Assembly: GCF_045220775.1 (NCBI RefSeq)
Contig: NZ_JBGUWC010000078.1
Span: 12,120 to 76,119 of the forward strand
Origin: Methanobrevibacter sp.
GTDB taxonomy: Archaea > Methanobacteriota > Methanobacteria > Methanobacteriales > Methanobacteriaceae
Length of the DNA: 64,000 nucleotides
Reading direction: 5' to 3'
Shown here: positions 39,178 to 47,422 of the stretch, piece after piece
Position numbering within the stretch: position 1 is the first letter of the stretch
How the letters are laid out: each line of letters starts with the position of its first letter
Program-made: the position numbers and the translations under genes
The notes under the pieces: model-generated
What the model saw: the letters and a program-made list of their open reading frames with translations, nothing else
What the model was told of the DNA's origin: nothing
Database searches by the model: none

Positions 39178-39486
39178 AATATCTCCTGAATTTGATATCT
39201 TAAAATCTTAAAATATCAATAGTTTATCAATTAATATTTAATTATGTTTATCATACATTATATAGTTTAACTGATGAAATTGAAATGTCTATAAAAAATA
39301 GAATTAAAATACCAAAAAAAATGAAAAAGGCCTAAAAATTGTTAAAACTATCCAATAAGAATTTAACCATATGTTTAAACAATATATTTAAATAATAATA
39401 TAACATATATTATATTAGAATAATTGTTAATTATTTATCATTATAAATTAACATGACAATTATAAAACCAATATGGAGAGAAATTT

Positions 39487-41583
39487 ATGATCGATCTCAA
39501 TAAGATGTTTAAACCTGAATCTGTGGCTGTTATTGGAGCATCCAATACACCAGGAAAAGTTGGACATATTATTGTTGATAACCTTATCAACGATGGCTTT
39601 GAAGGCGCAATATATCCAGTAAACCCTAAAGGCGGAGAGATTCTTGGTAAAAAAGCATATGCGAATATAAAAGACATACCTGAAAAAGTAGACTTGGCAA
39701 TAATTACCATCCCTGTTGCATTCGTAAATCCTACTGTAAAAGAATGCGGTGAAGCAGGCGTAGAAAACATGGTAGTCATTACCGCCGGATTTAAAGAAGT
39801 CGGCGAAGAAGGGGCTAAATTAGAAGCTGAACTAACAGCACTTGGTAAAGAATATGGAATAAACATTATTGGACCAAACAGTTTAGGAATCACCGATTCC
39901 CATACCCCGTTAAACGGATCATTTTCACAGATGATGCCACCAACAGGAAACATGGCATTCATTTCACAGAGTGGAGCTATGATGGTAGCTATCATCGATT
40001 GGAGCGTAACCTCCGGAATTGGATTCAGTAAAGTTATCAGTTTAGGAAACAAAGCCGGTGTAAGTGAAATCGAATTGCTTCAATACCTAGCTGAAGATGA
40101 TGAGACTAACGTAATCATCTGTTATTTAGAGTCAATTTCCGATGACGAGGACTTTGTAAGGACCATGAGAGAAACCGCACACAAAAAACCGATTATTGTC
40201 TTAAAATCCGGTTCAAGTTCCGCTGGAGCGGCCGCTGCATCCTCACACACAGGAGCGCTTGCAGGAAGTGACCTTGCATTCGATACCGCATTCAGGCAAT
40301 CCGGAATCATGCGTGTAGAAACAATGGCAGAATTATTTGACTTAGGTTTAGCATTCTCCAAAGCACCGCTTCCAAGAGGAGACAATGTAGCTATCATTAC
40401 CAACGCAGGTGGTGGAGGAGTACTTACCGTAGACGCAATGGAAAAAGTAGGATTGCAACTCGTACAATTCGATGAAGAAACTACTGCAAGATTAAAAGAA
40501 TGTGTTACTGAAGAAGGTAGTGCTAAAAACCCTATTGACGTATTGGGAGATGCACCAGTAAGCAGATACAAAGAATCCTTGGAAATCGTATTAAGTCAAG
40601 ATGAAGTTGACAGCCTAATCGTTATGGTTTGTCCTACCGCATCAGCTGACCCTGATGGAATTGCACAAGCAATTTTAGAGGAAAGAAAAGAATTTGACAA
40701 ACCTATCATTGTAGTCAACATGGGTGGACCTTCATTTGAAGCTGCAAACGAAGCTTTAAGAGAAAACGGTGTGCCAACATACGTATTCCCAGAAACTGCA
40801 GTAACTGCCCTTGAAGCAATGACTAGATATGCTCAATTAGAAAACAGAGTATACGACGATGTCGTTGATAAGGTGGATGACGTTGACAAAGATGCAGTAG
40901 CTGCAATATTCGAAAAGGTTAAAGCTGATGGAAGGGACACATTGCTTGGTAGTGAAGCATACGCAGTAGCTGAAGCATATGGAATTTCAGCAGCACCAAT
41001 CAAATTATCAACAAGCGCTGATGAAGCGGCTGCACTTGCAGAGGAAATGGAATTCCCTGTTGTGCTTAAGATTGCATCCGACAAAATATTGCACAAGTCA
41101 GATATCGGCGGTGTAAAAGTAGGAATAACTAACGCTGAAGAAGCAAAAGCAACCTATGAGGAAATCATCGCAAACGCCAAAGCAGCTCATCCTGACATTG
41201 TTCCTGACGGTGTGGAAGTGCAAAAGATGATGGATTCCGGTGAGGAAGTCATTGTCGGTATGATAAGAGACAAACAATTCGGACCTATGATTGCATTCGG
41301 TATGGGTGGAATCTACGTTAACCTTATTGAAGATGTGGAATTCAACCTCGCAAAAGGAATGAGCTCTCAGGAAATCGATGAACAAATCGAAAAGACCAAA
41401 GTATCCAAACTACTTGCAGGATACAGAGGAGAAGCACCTTGCGATGTTGAAGAAGTCAAAGAAGCTATCAAAAGAGTAGCCAGATTGACTTTAGACTTCC
41501 CAGAAATATCCGAGTTAGACATTAACCCAATCTTCGTTTACGAAGAAGGTTCAAGCGCACTCGACATTAAAATAAAATTATAA
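39487..41583 (+). CDS. acd: acetate--CoA ligase (ADP-forming), fused alpha/beta subunits
   Basis: FKPESVAVIGASNTPGKVGH CoA-binding start, GPNSLG, the phosphohistidine region SSHTGALAGS and a C-terminal ATP-grasp half. 698 aa. Confidence 0.9.
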   Translation: MIDLNKMFKPESVAVIGASNTPGKVGHIIVDNLINDGFEGAIYPVNPKGGEILGKKAYANIKDIPEKVDLAIITIPVAFVNPTVKECGEAGVENMVVITAGFKEVGEEGAKLEAELTALGKEYGINIIGPNSLGITDSHTPLNGSFSQMMPPTGNMAFISQSGAMMVAIIDWSVTSGIGFSKVISLGNKAGVSEIELLQYLAEDDETNVIICYLESISDDEDFVRTMRETAHKKPIIVLKSGSSSAGAAAASSHTGALAGSDLAFDTAFRQSGIMRVETMAELFDLGLAFSKAPLPRGDNVAIITNAGGGGVLTVDAMEKVGLQLVQFDEETTARLKECVTEEGSAKNPIDVLGDAPVSRYKESLEIVLSQDEVDSLIVMVCPTASADPDGIAQAILEERKEFDKPIIVVNMGGPSFEAANEALRENGVPTYVFPETAVTALEAMTRYAQLENRVYDDVVDKVDDVDKDAVAAIFEKVKADGRDTLLGSEAYAVAEAYGISAAPIKLSTSADEAAALAEEMEFPVVLKIASDKILHKSDIGGVKVGITNAEEAKATYEEIIANAKAAHPDIVPDGVEVQKMMDSGEEVIVGMIRDKQFGPMIAFGMGGIYVNLIEDVEFNLAKGMSSQEIDEQIEKTKVSKLLAGYRGEAPCDVEEVKEAIKRVARLTLDFPEISELDINPIFVYEEGSSALDIKIKL

Positions 41584-41620
41584 TTTCTCTTTTTGAGAAA
41601 TTACTCTTTTTTCTTTTTTA
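41584..41620 (+). terminator. hairpin plus T-rich tract after acd
   Basis: TTTCTC (41584-41589) / GAGAAA (41595-41600) with a T5 loop, followed by ttactcttttttctttttt. Confidence 0.45.
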
Positions 41621-41656
41621 ATAAATTCATGATTAACTAATTTTCGAGCTGATAAG

Positions 41657-42283
41657 ATGGAATATGATTTGAGCAAAGTCGGAGTGGAAAAAGATTTGCA
41701 GTATGAATGCATTACAACCACAATCAGCAAAGACGGCATTAAGAATGCAGGCGCATTTGCATTCGTCTATTTGGGCGAAGATAAAGTGCACTGCCATCTC
41801 TTTGAAGGATCAAAAACATTGCAAAACATCCTGGATACCAATGAATATGTAGTTAATATAACACAAGACCCCTTGGTTTTCACCTATGCCACACTAAATT
41901 GCCTGGGCGATGAATATTATACAGATGATGCTGACATTGCCATCATTAAAGACACTCCCGCTTACATTATCGTTGACGTTGAAGACATTGACATCAAGAC
42001 TCCTGAAAACTTCCCAATAAATGGTGACAGCAGCATCTATTTCATTACCGGAAAAATCAGAAAATTCGTAATAAATGACGATGGAGCCAGAGCATTCAAC
42101 AGAGGAATGTCCGGGCTAATTGAAGGACTCGTCAACTTCTCTAGATATAAAATTGTCGGCGAAGAGCAAAGAAAAGTCTACATGGACCAATTGCTTGAAA
42201 ACCAAAGGATAATCAATAAGGTTTCAGATGAAAAAACCAAAAAAGTGATGGATTACCTAGTAGAACAATATAAAAAATACTGA
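41657..42283 (+). CDS. DUF447-family protein (FMN-binding split-barrel-like, tentative)
   Basis: 208-aa protein conserved in methanogens. N-terminal pattern ECITTTISKDG..NAGAFAF. Assignment is from memory. Confidence 0.45.
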   Translation: MEYDLSKVGVEKDLQYECITTTISKDGIKNAGAFAFVYLGEDKVHCHLFEGSKTLQNILDTNEYVVNITQDPLVFTYATLNCLGDEYYTDDADIAIIKDTPAYIIVDVEDIDIKTPENFPINGDSSIYFITGKIRKFVINDDGARAFNRGMSGLIEGLVNFSRYKIVGEEQRKVYMDQLLENQRIINKVSDEKTKKVMDYLVEQYKKY

Positions 42284-42305
42284 TTTTTAAAAAAAAAGAA
42301 AATTA

Positions 42306-42330
42306 AAGCATAGTTGATTTAACTATGCTT
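42306..42330. terminator. perfect 10-bp-stem hairpin between convergent genes
   Basis: AAGCATAGTT (42306-42315) / AACTATGCTT (42321-42330) with loop gattt. The right arm overlaps the stop codon of the minus-strand SBP gene. Confidence 0.45.
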
Positions 42331-43294
42331 CCCAATATAACATTTGGTGTGGGATAGTTTGATTTAAAATTCCTAAATCCACTTCTAATTTTTGGAAAGA
42401 ATCCACATTAGCTTTGTAGTCATTATCTAAACCAGAGATGAATGGGAAACTTTCTAATGATTCAGCTTCCACAGCAGGGTCAGTGACAATGTCTTCAGGT
42501 AATAATTCAACTACTTTATCAGTAGTACCGTTTTCGATATTGTCATTGATGAAATTGGTTGCTTCTTCATGGATTGCAACAATTTCTTCAGCAGTGTCTT
42601 TGTGCTCTTTAATGAAGTCATTTGATGCTACAACAACACAACATGGGTGGCCAGGTAAGATTTCAGAGGAATCAGCTAGCTCGTTAATGTTATCACTATT
42701 TTCACCAATACTTACATAAGGCTGGAAAGTAATGGCTGCAGGAATATTATTGGTTTTTAAAGCATCATTAATTGATGGAACTTTCATTGCAGACTCATTA
42801 ATATCATCTAATGATAAATCATGCTGTTGTAAGTAGGCTGAAAGTAACACATGTTGAATTGAAGCTTCACCAGGAGTAGCAATAGTTTTTCCTTTTAATT
42901 GGTTAGCAAAGTAAATATGTGAATCTTCAGTTACAAGAATACCTGATCCTTCAGTTTGAGCAGCGGAAATAACTTTAACAGGTACGCCCGCAGAAATGGA
43001 TGATAATACAGGAGCAATTCCTACATAACCAACATCAACATCTCCACTAGCCATAGCAGTCATCAAGTCTCCACCATTGTTAAATTGGACAAGTTCAGTA
43101 GTAATGTTTTTATCAGCATACATGCCTTTAGCATCAGCGACAAATAAAGCTGCGTCGTGATCTGAAGGCAAGTAACCTATCTTTACAGTGTCGTCTCCTC
43201 CTCCTAAAAAGTCGAAAAGACCAGCACTGGCTGAACCCATTACTAAAAATGCAGCAAGTGCTAACACTAAAACAAATGTAATCTTTTTATTCAT
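42323..43294 (-). CDS. ABC-transporter substrate-binding protein, NMT1/THI5-SsuA/TauA family
   Basis: Signal/anchor MNKKITFVLVLALAAFLVMGSASA, then IGYLPSDHDAALFVA...VDVGYVGIAPV. A paralog of 43464-44399. Confidence 0.75.
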   Translation of the reverse strand: MNKKITFVLVLALAAFLVMGSASAGLFDFLGGGDDTVKIGYLPSDHDAALFVADAKGMYADKNITTELVQFNNGGDLMTAMASGDVDVGYVGIAPVLSSISAGVPVKVISAAQTEGSGILVTEDSHIYFANQLKGKTIATPGEASIQHVLLSAYLQQHDLSLDDINESAMKVPSINDALKTNNIPAAITFQPYVSIGENSDNINELADSSEILPGHPCCVVVASNDFIKEHKDTAEEIVAIHEEATNFINDNIENGTTDKVVELLPEDIVTDPAVEAESLESFPFISGLDNDYKANVDSFQKLEVDLGILNQTIPHQMLYWEA

Positions 43295-43372
43295 TTATAA
43301 TCACCAAATAATTAAGTTAACTTAATTACTAATTATAGTATTATGAATTAACTATAAATATATTACTTAAGT

Positions 43373-43387
43373 TAACAATTGTTATAT
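43373..43387. promoter_or_regulatory. operator-like palindrome TAACAATTGTTA + TAT (site A)
   Basis: Perfect 12-bp palindrome at 43373-43384, about 80 nt upstream of the SBP start codon. The same 13-mer ACAATTGTTATAT recurs at 45309 and 51891. Confidence 0.55.
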
Positions 43388-43463
43388 AGAATCCCTTGAT
43401 ATAGTATTAACTAATTGAGTATATAAACATTTTGTAAAAAAAAAATAAGATGGAGGCAGTTAA

Positions 43464-44399
43464 TTAACTACCTTCCCAAAAGATATCCTCTTCAGAAATA
43501 GGATTTTTCAAGACACCCAAATCAACTTCCAGGTTCATGAAGTCCATTACATCCTGTTTGTAACTGTCATCAAGTCCTGAAATGAACGGGAAACTGGAAA
43601 TAGCTACTTTTTCAACTTCAACATCGGAAACTATATCTGATGGAATCATTGAAGCTGCTTCATCAGGATTGCTGTTGATGAATTCTGTAGCGTTTTCATG
43701 AATTTCCAAAATGGTATTGGTTTCATTAGGATGTTCTTCCAGGAACTTATCTGATGCAACTACAACACAACATGGATGATTTGGCAAAATGTCCTGTGAA
43801 CCTGCAAGCACTGTAGCACCGTTTTTCTCAGCGATAGTGACATAAGGCTCAAAGGTTATCATTCCATCAATCTTATTTGTCTTGAGCGCATCATTCATTG
43901 AAGGGACTTTCATTGAAGATACTTTTAAATCATTTAAAGACATTCCATTCTGTTCCAAGTAATATTGAAGCAGCATGTATTGGATTGAAGCTTCACCAGG
44001 AGTTGCAATAGTTTTTCCTGCAAGGTCAGAAACTGAACTGATTCCTGAGTTTTTAGCAACGACCAATCCGCTTCCTTCAGTTTGAGCGGCGGAAATGACT
44101 TTAACAGGAACCCCTTTTTGAATAGATGCCAAAACAGGAGTGATACCTACATAACCGACATCAACATCTCCACTGGCCATGGCGGTCATCAGGTCACCAC
44201 CATTGTTAAACTGAACCAATTTGGTGTTGATGCCGTTAGAGGCAAATTGTCCTTGAGCATCTGCAACGAATAGCGCTGCATCGTGATCGGAAGGCAGATA
44301 TCCAATAGTTACGGTTTCGCCACTGCTTGTTAGGAAGAATGCTCCAACAGCAACAATGGCTATGATTGCAATAATGATTGCGATAATTTTATTATCCAT
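43464..44399 (-). CDS. ABC-transporter substrate-binding protein, NMT1/THI5-SsuA/TauA family (paralog)
   Basis: N-terminal TM anchor, then IGYLPSDHDAALFVADAQG...VDVGYVGITPV. Long identical peptide stretches are shared with the neighbouring paralog. Confidence 0.75.
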   Translation of the reverse strand: MDNKIIAIIIAIIAIVAVGAFFLTSSGETVTIGYLPSDHDAALFVADAQGQFASNGINTKLVQFNNGGDLMTAMASGDVDVGYVGITPVLASIQKGVPVKVISAAQTEGSGLVVAKNSGISSVSDLAGKTIATPGEASIQYMLLQYYLEQNGMSLNDLKVSSMKVPSMNDALKTNKIDGMITFEPYVTIAEKNGATVLAGSQDILPNHPCCVVVASDKFLEEHPNETNTILEIHENATEFINSNPDEAASMIPSDIVSDVEVEKVAISSFPFISGLDDSYKQDVMDFMNLEVDLGVLKNPISEEDIFWEGS

Positions 44400-44449
44400 T
44401 TTATCACCTATTATTAAATATACAGAAAAAATTATTAAAGGTTTTGATT

Positions 44450-45063
44450 ATGGTAGCTCAAAAAATTGACCAGTGCATGAAACCTCACGGCGAAGAGGGT
44501 ATTGAAACCATCAAAAGAATGAATGAAGACCATAAAAACATCACTGAATTCGCATTTGGCTGCATCAATATAGGAAAAGACTATAGAATACTTGATATTG
44601 GCTGGGCGGTGGAGTCAACATTGAAAAATTCCTTAAAGCGACTGAAAATAATGTGGATGGACTGGATTATTCGGAAGTGTCCATCAGCGAATCAACCAAA
44701 AGAAATCAGAATGCTGTTAAAGAGGGAAGATGTACACTGATCCAAGCAGACGTTACGGATATGCCCATTGAAGATGAAACATATGAACTCGTCAGCGCAT
44801 TTTCAACAATATTCTTCTGGCCGGATTTAATTGAAACCTTTAAGGAGGTCCTGAGAATCGTCAAACCGAACGGGCAGTTCATGATAGCTCAGGGAACCGA
44901 CGGTACAAATCCGGAAGACAAAGAATGGATCAATCCTGATGAGGGAATAAACGTTTATACAGGAGATGAACTGGAAAGATATCTGTTGGATGCTGGTTTT
45001 AAAAGTGTAGAAATCTTTAAAAAGGAAGGAACTTATTTATTAGTGGTTATCGCTGAAAAATAG
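44450..45063 (+). pseudogene. class I SAM-dependent methyltransferase disrupted by a 1-nt deletion inside motif I
   Basis: Frame A reads ...YRILDIGWAVEST. Frame B continues GGGVNIEKFLKATENNVDGLDYSEVS... Inserting one base after GGC TG (about 44604) restores ILDIGCGGGV. Confidence 0.75.
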
Positions 45064-45064
45064 C

Positions 45065-45265
45065 TTAACCACCATAAATAATCTGAACTAAATTAATTTC
45101 ATCGCCATCATTGATTACACTGTCTTCGATTGTCAACTCGCCATTCTGCTTTGCAACGATGGTTTGGGCAGACAATTCCAATTCATCCAATAAATTCCTT
45201 ATTGTAAAATTCTCTTTTAAATCTCTTGTTTCATTTATGTCTTTAAATTTTAACTTATATTCCAT
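45065..45265 (-). CDS. thiS: ThiS/MoaD-family ubiquitin-like sulfur-carrier protein (C-terminal GG)
   Basis: 66 aa ending DGDEINLVQIIYGG, which aligns with the ThiS tail (DGD.I.L.Q.I.GG). Confidence 0.75.
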   Translation of the reverse strand: MEYKLKFKDINETRDLKENFTIRNLLDELELSAQTIVAKQNGELTIEDSVINDGDEINLVQIIYGG

Positions 45266-45306
45266 AATTTCACATCATCTTAAACTTCAATATTTCAGCA
45301 AAATAT

Positions 45307-45321
45307 TAACAATTGTTATAT
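45307..45321. promoter_or_regulatory. operator-like palindrome TAACAATTGTTA + TAT (site B)
   Basis: Perfect 12-bp palindrome at 45307-45318, about 45 nt upstream of the ThiS-like start. Confidence 0.55.
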
Positions 45322-45456
45322 TATTTTATTACAATATAAGTTTTTCTAAATAATATCAAATATAATATAAAACTGTTCAAATACGAAATTACAAAAAATT
45401 CCAATTTCAAAACATTTATATATAAATATTACACAATTATAATTAATGGAAAAAAA

Positions 45457-45471
45457 TAACTATTGTTATAT
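45457..45471. promoter_or_regulatory. operator-like palindrome, one mismatch (TAACTATTGTTA + TAT) (site C)
   Basis: 19-nt identity with site B apart from one base (TAAC[A/T]ATTGTTATATTAT). Lies in the same divergent intergenic region, about 175 nt upstream of ATG 45647. Confidence 0.45.
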
Positions 45472-45603
45472 TATAAAATTTCGAAGGGATTTTACATTTT
45501 TCCATTAAGCTCGGGTAAAAATCTTTCAAATAAATTGTTTTATAATCTCTAAAAATATATATTAAAGTAGATTATGAAAAGACTCCTTAAAATGAACTGT
45601 GAA

Positions 45604-45624
45604 AAGGCATCAACTTGATGCCTT
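45604..45624 (+). promoter_or_regulatory. 21-bp perfect palindrome / leader hairpin upstream of the LarE-like gene
   Basis: AAGGCATCAA c TTGATGCCTT. It is the only GC-containing element in a ~380-bp AT-rich spacer and ends 12 nt before the AGAGGA ribosome-binding site. Confidence 0.5.
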
Positions 45625-45646
45625 AAATTATTTAAAAGAGGATAAC

Positions 45647-46657
45647 ATGAGCTTAGAAAATAAGATAAGTATTGTTGAAGATATCTTAAAAGACAAAAAA
45701 GTGGCCATTGGCTTTTCAGGCGGCGCTGATTCTACATTAATAGCATATTTATCTTCAAAAGTTGCAGCTGACACATTAGCAATTACAATCGATAACCATT
45801 TGCTTCCGACAGGTTTTGTTGAAAATACGAAAAGAATTGCAGAATCCTTTGGAATAAAACATGAAATAGTGAACATTGACTTTTATGAAGATGAATACTT
45901 CCTAAGCAACGATTCAAAAAGATGTTATACCTGCAGAAACCTGATGTATTCAAAAATCAAAGAGGTTGCAGGTAAAAATGGTTTTGATTTTATTTGTGAT
46001 GGAAATAACATCAGCGATTTGGTAAACGACAGACCTGGAATACTGATAACTTACAAAAATGACTTTAAAACTCCATTCATTGAAGCGAAACTAACTTCAA
46101 AGGAAATACACAAATACTTAAATGACAATGGCATTCCATATTCCCGATCAACAACATGTCTTGCAACAAGGCTTCCGACAAATACTCAAACGACTCATGA
46201 GAAAATCAAGAGGATAAGCTATTGCGAAGATTATATTCTAGCAAACACCAATTGCGAAATTGTCAAAGTTAGAGATTTAGGGGAACTTGGTATTATTGAA
46301 GTGGACAACATAAATGAATTATTGAGTAAAGATAAATTTATTAACATCAACGATGAATTAAAAAGCAAAGGATTCAAAAAGATTGCACTAAATTTATCAC
46401 AAATCGATGATGATGAATACATTGTCATTGAGTATAATGGCGGTTCATTTTCATACCCTCTTCCGTTTACAATAAACATTGAAAATACAAAAAATCAAAT
46501 CAAAGATGCCGTTTTCAGTGATGATGAAAGAATTGAAGTTGAAAATATAGAAATATTCGAAAATGGATTGATTAAAGGTCATGATTTTGAAACTTATGAA
46601 GATGCGCTAGATGCATTTATGGGTGTATTGCCAAAACTAAGGAGAAATATTAGGTGA
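45647..46657 (+). CDS. PP-loop ATP pyrophosphatase, LarE/TIGR00268-like sulfur transferase with C-terminal extension
   Basis: KVAIGFSGGADSTLIAYL PP-loop. Cys triad CYTC...TTC as in cluster-binding LarE-type enzymes. ATG 45647 behind AGAGGA is preferred to the GTG 45599 of the track. Confidence 0.65.
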   Translation: MSLENKISIVEDILKDKKVAIGFSGGADSTLIAYLSSKVAADTLAITIDNHLLPTGFVENTKRIAESFGIKHEIVNIDFYEDEYFLSNDSKRCYTCRNLMYSKIKEVAGKNGFDFICDGNNISDLVNDRPGILITYKNDFKTPFIEAKLTSKEIHKYLNDNGIPYSRSTTCLATRLPTNTQTTHEKIKRISYCEDYILANTNCEIVKVRDLGELGIIEVDNINELLSKDKFININDELKSKGFKKIALNLSQIDDDEYIVIEYNGGSFSYPLPFTINIENTKNQIKDAVFSDDERIEVENIEIFENGLIKGHDFETYEDALDAFMGVLPKLRRNIR

Positions 46658-46661
46658 AAAA

Positions 46662-47417
46662 ATGCCAACAAGATACATAGGTGATGGATACTGGGAAATT
46701 GCTTCCCGTCAAATGAGTATAGTAACTAGAAGCGAACAGGAAAGATTTAAAGATGCTAAAATCACAGTTATCGGCTGTGGCGGAATCGGTGGTGAAACCA
46801 TAGAAATGCTTGCAAGAATGGGAATTGGAGAACTTGTCCTTGTTGATAAAGATGCATTTGACCTATCAAATCTAAACAGACAGACTTTAGCCACAATTAA
46901 TGATTTAGGGCTTGATAAAAGTGCAGTAGCAAAAGAAAAGGTCAGATTAATTAACCCTTACGTTAAAGTAACTACATTCAATGAACATGTGGATCAGACA
47001 AACATCGATAAAGTAATCGGAGATTCAAATATCGTCATTGACGCATTAGATAATGTTTTGACAAGAGTAATCGTTTCAAGAACTGCAAAAGAAAAAGGAA
47101 TCCCATACATTCACGGAGCAATCCATGGAACATTAGGACAGATTACAGTATTCCTGCCAAACAGCGACAAGACATATGAAGAGATGTTTAATCTTCCATC
47201 ATTAGGTAAAGAATTAACAGAAGAAACAATTGAAGCTTTAAAAGGAGTGACATCCGGAGTTCCACCAGTAATTGGACCTACTCCAAACCTGATTGGATGT
47301 CTTGAAGCATTTGAAGCTTATAAAATAATAACTGGAGTCGGCAAAGTCACCGTTGCTCCAAAAATATTGACATTTGATTTATTGGATTTAAGTTCATTTT
47401 CATTAGATGAACTATAA
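46662..47417 (+). CDS. ThiF/MoeB/HesA-family E1-like adenylyltransferase
   Basis: ITVIGCGGIGGETIEMLARMGIGELVLVDKDAFDLSNLNRQ. There is no rhodanese domain and no CxxC zinc pairs. Confidence 0.85.
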   Translation: MPTRYIGDGYWEIASRQMSIVTRSEQERFKDAKITVIGCGGIGGETIEMLARMGIGELVLVDKDAFDLSNLNRQTLATINDLGLDKSAVAKEKVRLINPYVKVTTFNEHVDQTNIDKVIGDSNIVIDALDNVLTRVIVSRTAKEKGIPYIHGAIHGTLGQITVFLPNSDKTYEEMFNLPSLGKELTEETIEALKGVTSGVPPVIGPTPNLIGCLEAFEAYKIITGVGKVTVAPKILTFDLLDLSSFSLDEL

Positions 47418-47422
47418 ATCAT

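Noticed and set aside
39418-39429. GAATAATTGTTA upstream of acd as a fifth copy of the TAACAATTGTTA operator
   Set aside because: It has two mismatches, including the C of the half-site, and lacks the flanking TAT extension shared by the other sites. It is too weak to include without a genome-wide model.
39441-40571. Minus-strand ORFs of 203 aa and 149 aa (39441-40052, 40122-40571) within the acd gene
   Set aside because: They are antisense to a 698-aa ADP-forming acetyl-CoA synthetase. They are A/S/P/T-rich shadow ORFs caused by the relatively GC-rich codon usage of the real gene.
44444-45063. Treating 44444-44740 and 44653-45063 as two independent overlapping genes
   Set aside because: Together they reconstitute one methyltransferase, with the SAM motif split at the frame change. 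A single frameshifted gene explains both.
45599-45646. GTG at 45599 as the start of the LarE-like gene
   Set aside because: The extra 16 codons would run through a 21-bp perfect palindrome, and this start lacks a ribosome-binding site. ATG 45647 is preceded by AGAGGA at good spacing and gives an N-terminus typical of the family.
45065-47417. ThiS/ThiF pair as an ordinary thiamine-thiazole pathway
   Set aside because: No thiG, thiH/thiO or thiE is adjacent. Methanogens are known to use a sulfide-dependent Thi4-type thiazole synthase. I keep it as an open sulfur-relay question rather than annotating thiamine biosynthesis.
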